From: Podarcis gaigeae
Taxonomy: Eukaryota
Direction: 5' to 3' (one strand)
DNA: 64,000 nt
Assembly (NCBI GenBank): GCA_964106915.2
Contig: OZ066922.1
The notes beneath the pieces were generated by a model. That model saw only the letters and a list, made by a program, of their open reading frames with translations, did not search any database and was not told where the DNA came from. The translations under genes and the position numbers were made by a program. The first letter of the stretch is position 1. Every line of letters begins with the position of its first letter. This document shows, piece after piece, positions 53,501-64,000 of this stretch.

Positions 53501-55233
53501 GCAGCCAAACATCAAAGCACAAACAAACAAGAAAGTAGGCAGACTCCCGCTGTTCAGATATCTGAACCTGCAGAGTGTACAGCAAGGTTTGGACATAATT
53601 CTTTATATTCAGATAAGTTAATTTTTGCATAGCGAGTGGATAGCAGGACCTGCATGTGTAAGAAATTATAGTTTACTCTTGTAACATACATACATGCATG
53701 CATATATTACACAAGACAGCTTTTATGTGTCATTGTCATCAATAAATACACTCTAGCACCAATATTAAATGAATAAATTTGGTGTTCTATAAGTTTAAAA
53801 TTGGTAAATGGAATTTCAAAGTATACTTATAATAAAAGTAATCCATTAATCCATTTTGGCATAACTATTCTCATAGCTGCAGGCTGCAATTCTGTCCCCA
53901 TCAATTAGGGTTTAAAGAGATTGGTGAGACTGAAAGTTATTGGGAACCATGACTAGGTATAAGGGGAAACTGGATATATATGGGATTAGAACTGTTGTGG
54001 AATTAGTCAGTCATTGCAGGAAAATGGAAGCCCTACCCAAACCACTTGAATGTTTAAAAGCTTAACAAATATCCAAAACAATGAATGTATTATTGCAAAA
54101 GCAGTAATGCAATAAATACACGGGCAACGCATAGTTTTGAAATCTAGTCGAACCCCCTGCCTTCCCAATGCTGATGAAAGAAACCCTGTTGTGTCTAATC
54201 ATTGGAAAAAAATGTGCAAGAACAGTTCATCCATATATAATTGTAATCCATGTAGGTCGGTGAGGCCAACAGAAGAGTGATTTGCTGAATAATTACAAGC
54301 TGACAAGCTAAAGCTTAGTGATAGGGCTTTGTCTCCCACATTCATTTTACCATAGACTTTTAAAAGGAGCAGGAAATATGGAGACAAATGTGAAGGATCA
54401 CTATGAAAAGTCTTCCTTCATTTGTCCTCTTTGTGATCTTTAATGACTTATCATGGATCCAACTTAGTTAGATATCAAAGGTTATTTTGTCAAAGACTGG
54501 TTTCTGAAAAGAAACATAACAGAATTCTAAGAAAGAAAATTTTAAGAAAGAAAAAAGGCATCTTTCTTTTATATCCATATAATATGCAGGATGTAAAGGA
54601 AAAATGAGTCTTGTACTGCAAAAACATAGGGCCTCTGCTCTTGCTTGCAAAAAAACCAAACAAACCTATGAATGGAAGTGCTGAAAGTCAGCAAGTTGCT
54701 CAATTTGTCGAAACAGAAGCTTTGTGGAAATGTTAAATAATTCATTATGCCTGCTAACAAAACTCAACAAAAATTATTTCAGGGTGCTAGATTTCCTGGC
54801 AAACAAACCAGCTTTTATGTTCATGTACAATTCTTTAGTTTCCTTTGTTAATAAAGGTGAAATGAGATGCATGACTACAAGCTTAAAACAGAAAAGCTGG
54901 TAGAAATGAACTGATTTATCCATTGATTAGGAAGAATACTAAAATAGTTATCATTGGAGTCAGTGAACTTATGTGTAGAGAAAACCAAGAAAAAATTGAA
55001 TAGAGATTCTTGCCCCTTCCATCTGGGGTGAGATAAAGGATTGATGATCCATCATATAATCATTTCTTCTTCTTTTTTTAAAGTAACAATTTCTTTACAC
55101 AAACTGACAAGTGAAAATATTCCATTTGAAGAAACAGGCTTCAAAGTGCTAAATTTCTGATTCAGACAAGGTCAGGACCTCTGGCTTTTTAAGTTCAGTA
55201 TTGAAGAATAATATTAAAGCACAGTTAGCCTAC

Positions 55234-55419
55234 CAATGGTGCAGTGCTCGCCATTCCAGCCTTGGCTGCATTCACACTTCCCATCTTTACATGTTCCATG
55301 TTCAGCACACCGAGGGTGACATGCTCTCTGACTGCAGGATGGGCCAGTCCAGCCTTCTTCACAACGACAAGTTCCACCCATGCAGACACCATGTGTGCCA
55401 CAGTCAACAGAACAGATTT
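55234..55419 (-). CDS. TENM3: Teneurin-3 exon, EGF6-7 ([11 protein letters not shown]...GEHCTI); 186 nt
   Basis: TGCAG acceptor, G|GTAGGC donor; two EGF repeats. Confidence 0.96.
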
Positions 55420-56540
55420 CTGCATTACAAAAAAACAGCAGGAGAAAGGACGATGGGGTGGGGATGGAGAAAGAACACAATAATTAGCCAAATTCCTGAT
55501 CCAACCTGATCACAGAGGAAGGCAAACCCTTTGAAAATGTAATTTAAAAAGTTACTATAAAAGCATTTTCAGGAAGCTCTCAAGAGAATGGGGAATCTAC
55601 ATCTTAGCTAATGCTCTATTAGTTGCCCAGGAGATTTAGTGATGTCTATCTACCACAGCTTTTCTTCAGTTAGCTTTGAGTATTTTAAAATCAGATTTCC
55701 TAATCACATATATCTTAAGACTCACCTGTTCTTACACATACGAGGATTTATGTAATATTCTTACTGAGCATTGAGATCATATGCACTGAAAACTAATAGT
55801 AGCTACAGCAGAAAATCTTGCTTTAACCCACAGAAAAATAAAGATACAACAATATCATGTTAATGTTTTGATTCTACCAGTGTTAAGCCTGAAGTCTTCC
55901 ATCAAGGGAGTAAAAACAGCTATTCCTTTTGTCTATTTCCGTTCTATGATCTCCAGCACTTTTGTTCCTGAAATTGTCAATCTAATGTATTATTTCATGT
56001 AACCTTGAAATTAAGTGTTTCCATTCCTGAAATCCTCATGATTGTTGAAATAAACGGCACTGAGATAAAGCTCTTTCCTACTCTCTGCCCTATTGTGGCA
56101 ACTTAATGTAACTACACTCCCAAGTCCACAAGTAAGTATAGTTTTTGTGTGGAACATCAACACAAGATAAATGCATTTTGTATGTGGGTGTCTATCTTGA
56201 GCCCAAAATATCCTGTGTTCTGATTGGGTAGTTTTGGCATAGGCATTGGGAGTAAATCCAGAACCATCCAACTCGACTGCTGGATGACTGATTGGCAGGA
56301 TCACCTCTAGGTTACCCTATGACCTACATCTGGGCATCTGGACACAAGCACTGCCCCTAGGACCCCTCTAACAGGGTACCCTGATCCACTGGAATGGGGG
56401 CTGGGACGCCCAATCTCCTTCCTGCTTAGACTAAGGATCCAACCCAATGCCCTAACTGCCAGATTGGTTGTGACAATTGCTATGTGGTAGGCAAAAAACC
56501 CCAAACAGTATCAACTGACCATTTAACCCATTATTTACAG

Positions 56541-56800
56541 CAGGGGTGGGCAACCTTTTTTCTGTGGAGGGCCGCATATCCTCAGGGGTAATCTGTTGGG
56601 GACCACATGCAAGTGGTGGGTAGGGTTGGGCCAAAGGTGGATGAAGCCACCTGTTTTTTCTTTCATTCTGTTTGCCATGTTCTCCCACTCTGCCATCCTC
56701 ATTCCTCCCATTATCTCCATCCTTGTTACCTGCATGACATTAGGCCAAGGGCCGCATGAAATTAGGGGAAAGGCCGCATGTGGGAGGTAGGCTGGTCACT
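56541..56800. mobile_element. Decayed hAT-type MITE
   Basis: CAGGGGTGGGCAACCTTTT start and repeated GGGCCGCAT motifs; right end degenerate. Confidence 0.55.
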
Positions 56801-57758
56801 TTTCATCTACAGTATTCAGTTCCTTATTTGTCATCTTGTGAAAATGCACTGTGATTGCTAAAATACTAAAGTGTTTTCTAAGCTACATAAAACACTTTAT
56901 TCTCAAGCTGAATTCAAGGTGTGAAATAATACTCCAGTCTATTACAGTTTGCATTTATCTCTCCTTCTTTTTTTGAGGGAATAGTTTTCTGTGGCGCTAA
57001 TATGAGGAGGAAAAACATAGCTTAAGGGATATAGTTTAAGACTCTTAGAACAAAGCTGGCACAACCCTAAGATGTTTCATAAGCATATTATATGACTTCT
57101 GTCTCCTGAAAGAAAGAAACAGCAGAAAAAGCAATTCTGGAAACAAAGATCAGAAATTATTTGTGATAGATATTGAAATAGGAATGTAATAATAAAGAAG
57201 CTGAAAAGGATCCTTCCCCTGAGAAGTCATTGCTGTATCTCAAAGAGCTGCAGAACATTAAACATACTATCAAGACTTGTGACACATTTTATGCGCTAGA
57301 AGGTGTGGGAGCCAAGAGAGTTTCTCATATAATCTTTTTATATCTACTTTGAACTAAATGATGTATTTATTTATTATGAGATCTTGGATGGATTAACTTC
57401 AAAACATCAACCCTGCTCTGGGAGGAAAAGGTTTATTTCAGAGGCCCCACCTTTTGTCTTCCATCTAATCAATTCTTCATTAGAGTGGAGGTGTTTATCA
57501 GCTTCTAGCACACTTGCTTTAAGCAAGGTGCGTCAGTCTTTGTAATGAACTTATTAATTAGAGTTAATTTAACTGAAGAGGAATTGGAGGGCTAATTAAT
57601 GGACAAACTGCTGATGAAGACAGAGGAAAGCAAAGTTGATTTTAAACGCCTCCCCCCCCCCCCCGCTAAACCTTTGGGTGGAGCAAAACAACTTTTCCTT
57701 TTCCTTTTAGAATCTTAACAAAACATTTTTTTAATTAGGAACATGTATATACTGATTA

Positions 57759-58097
57759 AAGGTAAAGGGACCCCTAACCGTTAAGCCCAGTCATGGGTGA
57801 CTCTGGGGTTGCGGTGCTCATCTCGCTTTATTGGCCAAGGGAGCCAGTGTACAGCTTCCGGGTAATGTGGCCAGCATGACTAAGCTACTACTGGCGAACC
57901 AGAGCTGCGCACGGAAACGCTGTTTACCTTCCCACCTTTTTATCTACTTGAACTTTTACGTGCTTTTGAACTGCTAGGTTGGCAGGAGCAGGGACCAAGG
58001 AATGGGAGCTCACCCCGTTGCGGGGATTCAAACTGCCAACCTTCTGATCGGCAAGTCCTAGGCTCTGTGGTTTAACCCACAGCGCCACCCGCGTCCC
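57759..58097 (-). mobile_element. Sauria SINE (older subfamily, small internal deletion)
   Basis: TSD TATACTGATTA at 57748-57758 and 58101-58111. Confidence 0.9.
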
Positions 58098-59472
58098 TTT
58101 TATACTGATTATCTACAGGTTATTTGAAACATTTGGAGAATAAGGAGCAAAGTAATTAATCTATGTTTCAATGGTTCTGGAGCACAATCAGCTCTCTAGC
58201 CACCCACTCACCACCAGCAGCAGCCCTGGAATATTGCCCTGGCTGCTCCTCCATGAGCGCCACCATTCCACGGACACTGCATCACCCTGACTTGCCACTC
58301 TGCTGCTCTTTCCACACCATCCTACTGCAATCCTACCCGTTCATTCTTTTCTCTTCCTCCCACCTCCACCCCCTCCCTTACCAGGCAGTGATAAGAATGG
58401 AAAAGGTCATGTTTCCTTCCATTATTATTACTTAACATGTGGAGGTTGGGCAGCCAGTGAGTGGCACAGTGATGCTCCAACCATACCCACCATGTTCAAC
58501 CCCCTTCCAATGCCTCCGAACCTGCAGGGGCCCCGAGTTTTTGGGGGAAACGATGATGGTCAGTGAGGCTATAGCTTCACCGCACCTGGTTATAAAAAGA
58601 TGATTTAAAAGAAAAGAAAGGAATGTTGTGGTGACTAATGTCAGCCTAGTTATTCTCAGGGGTGTTGACCCTTGGCCTGTTTGCCACTGCACTGCTACCT
58701 TCAGCTTCTGTCACTCTCTGGCAGCCATGCCACCAACACTCCTGCAGCCAGGCTGTAGGGCCTACCAAAGAATAGTGCCATTGTAGGACCCTGGCAGCAT
58801 TATTGTTTGGTAAACTCAGCAGCCACCATCTGGTGGGAGCATAAATGGCACTTGGATATATATATAAACTGGCTAAGCCAGAAAATAAACATGAAGCATC
58901 ATAAGGTGCTACCACTGACTTACTGCGACATCACAAGGTACAATATTAATTTTGTTATTATAGTGCTGCAGGCTGGTACCTCAGCAAAAAGACTGCACTA
59001 CCATCTTTCAAGTGAAGAAGAAATTTGCAGAGGTTTGTTTAATAGAAAACCTTCAAGTCTATGCAGAATGTGAGGCACTTTTGCACATGTGGTCAGGCAT
59101 ACATGACGTGAACTTGGCTCACTCCCGTATTAATAAATGAAATTATTTTACTGTTGATTTGTTAATTATTCTATGTGATTTATGTTCCAATTGTAATGTT
59201 ATTGCTACATATTGTTTGTCAGCTGCTTTGAGACTCATGTGGGTAAAAAGCGGTGTGGAAATATATGAATGAAATGAAATGAATCAAGTCTTGGTGGTGG
59301 CAATCTGCTATCAATCTATGGCCAATTTCAATTAAGTATTCCTACATGTTTTTTGCTTGCATTGCTTATAGCCTTTAGCTACACTGGGACCGAAATGTAA
59401 TATCGTTCTAGAATATTGCCCAATATGAACAGTTAAAGCAAACAGATTTCTTTTTTTAAAAAAAGTCCTTAC

Positions 59473-59673
59473 CATTGGAGCAGTCAGGACCAGTCCAATT
59501 AGGGTCACAAGTGCATGTGCCACTTTCTTGAAGATACGTGCCATGGCCAGAGCACTGGTCTGGACACATAGTCTTCAGAATTTCACAGTTGTTACCACCC
59601 CATCCTGGATTACAATGGCACTCTCCATGGATGCACACACCATGATTTGAACAGGCTGGATCTAAACAATCAG
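59473..59673 (-). CDS. TENM3: Teneurin-3 exon, EGF4-5 ([12 protein letters not shown]...WTGPDCSN); 201 nt
   Basis: TTACAG acceptor, G|GTAAGG donor; EGF5 CSGHGTY also lacks one Cys. Confidence 0.96.
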
Positions 59674-60239
59674 CTGTAACGGGAAGACAGTTTTGCATCT
59701 ATGAGTTCTATCGTTATTTCCCATGAATTAGGCTACAGTATATTCATTCTTACACATGAGTAAAGAAGCACAACAATTCAGTGATCTGTATAATGCTCCT
59801 ATTAGGTTCTGAAAAAGAGAGTACAAAGCAGAAGAAACCTTCAATTCCTCGCTATGCTCCTTTTACTTTAACTACAAGTTAACAGAACGCAGCAGCAAAA
59901 ATCAATAGAGGTACACGCTTTAATCATCAGAAGGTCTAGAAAAAGACCTGGCTGTAATTGTGGCATGGGCTGCAGAACAGGGCTTACTAACACAAAATGA
60001 TGATTATTTTAGCTCTCATTAAAAAAAGCAAGCTTCAAATCATAAAGGCAAGCAAACAAAACAGAATGCAACAGGCTGCCATCCTAACCCCACTGACCCA
60101 CTTAATTCATGGAACTTATTTCTAAGTAGACATGGCTAGAATTGCAGCCTTAGAAGCTAGAATTCCCCTTTACATTCCCAATATATGTGCCTACATATTT
60201 TCTAATACCTGCAAGTTCCATGCCTAACTAGCCAACAAG

Positions 60240-60585
60240 CCAGATGCACATGGAAGGCCTGAAAGCAGCTGCCGACTGCAACGGCACTCTCCCCACTTGT
60301 GATTTTCAGCAATGGGAATTTAGAGGCAACTTGTCTCTGATAGTGGAGGAAGAACATAAACATTATGGCTAGTAGCCTTATCCTCATGAAGTTTTCTAAT
60401 CCTCTTTTAAAGCCATCCAAGTTGGTTACCACCACTTCTTGTGAAAGCTAATTCCATAGTTTAACTTTATGCTGTTTCTGTTCTTAATAGTTCAACATTC
60501 AGCTACTTTGGTTATCTACAAGGTCTAGTGTTATGAGATAGGGAGATGCAAAATTTTATACACCTCTATCATGTCTTCTCTTACT
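60240..60585 (-). mobile_element. CR1 LINE 3' fragment
   Basis: Peptide VVTNLDGFKRGLENFM typical of CR1 ORF2 C-terminus. Confidence 0.7.
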
Positions 60586-61670
60586 ATGGCTGCTTAGTTT
60601 GCTCCAAAATTTAACCCTTGTTGAAAATAGGCCTTTCCCTGTTCTAGCATAGAGATGTGCATGTGCATACTATATACAGATTTGGTCATTAGCTAGAAAG
60701 GAAGAATACTCTTTATGAATTAATCTTCTGAGTTATACCAGGGCAGAGTGAAGATGGCTTTACTGCAATATTCAGAACAAAGGAAACAGGTTTGAAATCA
60801 TCTGAAGGTAGCTACTGAAATGAATACAAGTTAGGGGAAGTTCTGTTGCCCACAGACCATGCATATGAATAGACTGTCTTAGTGGACTTTGCTGTTCCTG
60901 TGTTGTGACAGCTGTGTACCACCATCAGCCTGTTTAGGAAATAAATGACTTGCATACCCTCTATCTTTCTTAATTCATTTTAATGTGCTTTAGTTGACGA
61001 GATTTAATTTAGCAATTTGACTCAATAAAATGTTACACTTGTAGGGTCAATGGTCTGAAAATTTAATTCCAGAGACTTAATTGTATTACTTTGTATGTGC
61101 AGATCAATAAAATCAATCTGATTGAGAATGGAAACGTGTGGGTTTTTTCCATCTGAAAAAAATATCAGCACAGAGGAAAGGCTATCATAGTTATTTACAC
61201 CACCACAACAGAAAAAATCTGTACTTTTTTCAACATGAAGGATTTGAATTAGCACTTTCAGGAATGTAGTTTATGTAGGAGATTTTCAGTACATGCAATT
61301 TCTTCTACTATGTGAAAATACTGTGTCTTTTGTCAAACTATCTTTTTTATTTCCTACCTCATCTTAGCTCAGTGATGTAACAAAGAAGATCAAGCTCACA
61401 AGCTAAGAGATTAAAATGTATTTATACATTCAATAGTTAAGGAAACTAAAGTCTACAGTCCAATAAAGATTTTCTAAATCCTATGTTTAATATGCTTGAA
61501 AGATTCAGAATGTGAATGATATGCATATAAAAGAGATGTTTTCATTAAATCTAAAATGTGCTAGCATCTGCATTTATTTGGTATTATATTTAGGGCCTAG
61601 AACATAATAGTGTAGCAAAGCACTTCTGAAGAGTTACAGTCAAATCCTAAGTAAATGTTTATATATTTAC

Positions 61671-61865
61671 CTTCCTCACAGTTTTCTCCTTTGTATCCAG
61701 AGTTGCAGGCACAAGAGCCCATGATGCAAATCCCACGACCTCCGCATTGAGGGTCAATGCACTGGGTGGTAGGCACATCACACTCTGTCCCTTTCCAGCC
61801 ACTGTAGCAAAGACAGCGTCCTTTGGAGTACTGCCCATTGCCACTGCACAATACTGGGCAGGCTG
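61671..61865 (-). CDS. TENM3: Teneurin-3 exon, EGF2-3 ([18 protein letters not shown]...GENCEE); 195 nt
   Basis: AG/GT boundaries; EGF2 has Tyr in place of the third Cys, the teneurin dimerisation hallmark. Confidence 0.96.
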
Positions 61866-62042
61866 CTGTGAAATAAAACATGACAGAAGACTTAACGCAA
61901 TTCTTTTCAATCAAGCTTTAGAAGCAGAGGAACATCTAGACAACAAGTTGTACTTCAGTTCCTTTTTCTTGCTGCTCTAGTAACTACTTGTATTTCTGTT
62001 CTGTATTTGTATTGACTTAAGAAAGGAATTCAATTTATATAC

Positions 62043-62144
62043 CTCTTGAACAATCAGGGCCCAGAAATCCAGCAAAACAATGGCATGATCCTGATACACA
62101 CTCTCCGTTTCCATGGCAATTGCGGGGGCATTCCACCACAGACT
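62043..62144 (-). CDS. TENM3: Teneurin-3 exon, EGF1 ([34 protein letters not shown]); 102 nt
   Basis: Not in ORF track; translated by hand; TTTCAG acceptor, G|GTATAT donor; EGF Cys spacing. Confidence 0.95.
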
Positions 62145-62591
62145 CTGAAAGGAACCGTAAGAAGAGAAATTCTAATACCCTGCAATCACAGCAGTTAGCA
62201 AAAACAGAAGAGAACTCTTATTTAAATCACTTGTAAATGATAGAAAATTAAGACACTTTTAGGAGTGTGCGTGCTTAGCTTGTTTACTGCCTTTGAGAAT
62301 GTAAATAGAGCTTAATTCATTTGAATTACTTGTAGAATGTTAAAGCAGTAACTTTTAACAAAATTCTATTTTAATAGAATTATTACAAGATCTTTATACT
62401 TTGATACCAGAGCATAACAACATGTCATAAATATTTTAGTACACTTCAAGTAAGTCAGATTTTGACACAACTGTGTTCCATCAAAACAGATTTTCTGCAA
62501 AATACTCAAGATTGTCCAACAAAGAAGAAAATATTAGAGAATAGTTCAGCTTGCAACTTTTGTAAACGAACACAGTGAATGCAATTCTTAC

Positions 62592-62802
62592 CTATGACAA
62601 TTGTATTAAAAGACACTTGTTCTGCATTTTTCCCATCATTATAAAAAGCCAGATGCCAGATCCCAGCATCCAAATACTGGATGAAACCTGCTTCATGAAG
62701 ACTGACAGACCTTGCCTGTCTACCTGCTCTCTCTGCCTCAAGAAGGTTGCGCTGTTCCTTTGCAATCAACCGGCTACCATCCAAAAGCTCCACAAAGTCA
62801 TA
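62592..62802 (-). CDS. TENM3: Teneurin-3 exon (YDFVELLDG...SFNTIVI), region preceding EGF1; 211 nt, phase 0->1
   Basis: TTGCAG acceptor, G|GTAAGA donor; peptide matches teneurin-3 as I recall it ([12 protein letters not shown] motif). Confidence 0.95.
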
Positions 62803-63637
62803 CTGCAAGGGGAAATTGCACAAAATGTACATATTATCCATCTACGTAGTGCTGCATTGATTATAGCCTTTAAAAAGTTACTAAATTAAAGCTTCAGTGC
62901 CTGAAGTATTTTCAACAGTTAATCTTTGAAGTAGTGTAGTGTGGAACACACAGTTCCTGTGTCAGCTTCCGTAATATGCTGCTTGCATGCCAACATCCTG
63001 ACCTGTATGCTACCAGGAGTACTGTACATTTTCATGGCTATACTCAGTCACCGAGACAGATGATTTTATACACTTTGCTGAAGGAAAGCTAACAAGATTA
63101 ACTTTTGCACACAACTAGCAGTATAAGAATAGTCACCTAGATGTAACCACATGATGATGGTAGCAATCAATGGCAGTCAATCCCCCTACAACTCAATGAC
63201 TCATTATTTTATTTATTTCTTCTTAAGAACATAACAGAATAGCTACAAATAGAGACACTGATAATGGAAAACACTGTATCAGCTTTAAGAGATAACATAG
63301 CTGTCAAAAGCACTATGTTTTATTAACAGCAACAAATAGGTTATCAGAGGCTTAGACAGAACAGTATTAAATATGCCAAAATTAGAGACAATCTTTAGTT
63401 GCTGTGTGCATTACTTACTATTTTACACTCCAAATTAGGAAAAACTAGGTCAAGTTCTGGTGAAAGGTAAAGGCTAATAGGGTGAACTGGGAAATCTCTT
63501 CTTAGCCTGAACCCAGCTACTATCCTCAGACTCAGCATCCTATCAGCAATGGGAATAATAATAATACTGATCTATGCTAAAGGGTTGTTGCATGGAGTTA
63601 CTATACAAGAAGCACTGAGAAATCTCAAAAAGTGAGC

Positions 63638-63665
63638 ATCAATCAATCAATCAATCAATCAATCA
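63638..63665. repeat. (ATCA)n microsatellite
   Basis: Direct reading. Confidence 0.9.
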
Positions 63666-64000
63666 GCAAAATTATTATGATTTATTACTATATCCTAAGT
63701 ACCTCAAATTCCCACCACTGAAGCAATCACAGCTAAAACTGATTATTTTGTACTCATCCAGTAAATACGTTGCCCAGTTCTGACCACTCTGAAGTGGTGT
63801 TGCCCATAATTTTATTTCTACACTAAATGTTTATTATGAATGTACAACCACTAAAGCAGTTCACCATGTAGGAAGGGTTGCATTGCTTGCATCCTGGCAA
63901 TGCTTACGATCCCAGCAGCAGTGATGCTTACGATCACTGCTGCTTCCCTGGAGGAGGAAAAGCAAAGTGATGATGAGGTTGAGGCTGTGCAGGTGCACGG

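Noticed and set aside
55201-55509. Overlapping antisense and alternative-frame ORFs over EGF exons (also 61659-61980, 62575-62889)
   Set aside because: Shadow ORFs of real minus-strand coding exons
1-64000. Prokaryotic-type systems (CRISPR arrays, operons)
   Set aside because: Sequence is vertebrate intron/exon DNA; no regularly spaced repeat-spacer array seen

Overview
Eukaryotic (squamate, probably lacertid lizard, judged from Sauria-type SINEs) genomic DNA lying wholly inside the teneurin-3 gene (TENM3) on the minus strand. I mapped 15 constitutive exons (62802 down to 8928; 3566 nt, phases chain without frameshift) encoding the region before EGF1, EGF1-8, the Cys-rich/TTR/Ig-like region, the NHL beta-propeller and the start of the YD shell. 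Three recognisable alternative micro-exons are present (AHYLDKIVK, (A)DKIGYK, NKDFRHS). The introns carry Sauria SINEs, TA- and 8-bp-TSD MITEs, CR1/L2 fragments, microsatellites and two assembly gaps. Best finds: (1) a candidate additional in-frame 21-nt micro-exon (ALDKKDH, 46583-46603) at the EGF7/EGF8 splice site; (2) a ~240-bp Penelope-like fold-back insertion (47560-47800) with a minimal hammerhead ribozyme motif on each strand, nested in a MITE; (3) a double SINE with a triplicated target site. Most ORFs in the supplied track are spurious or repeat-derived. Repeat family names come from memory of motifs, not database searches.
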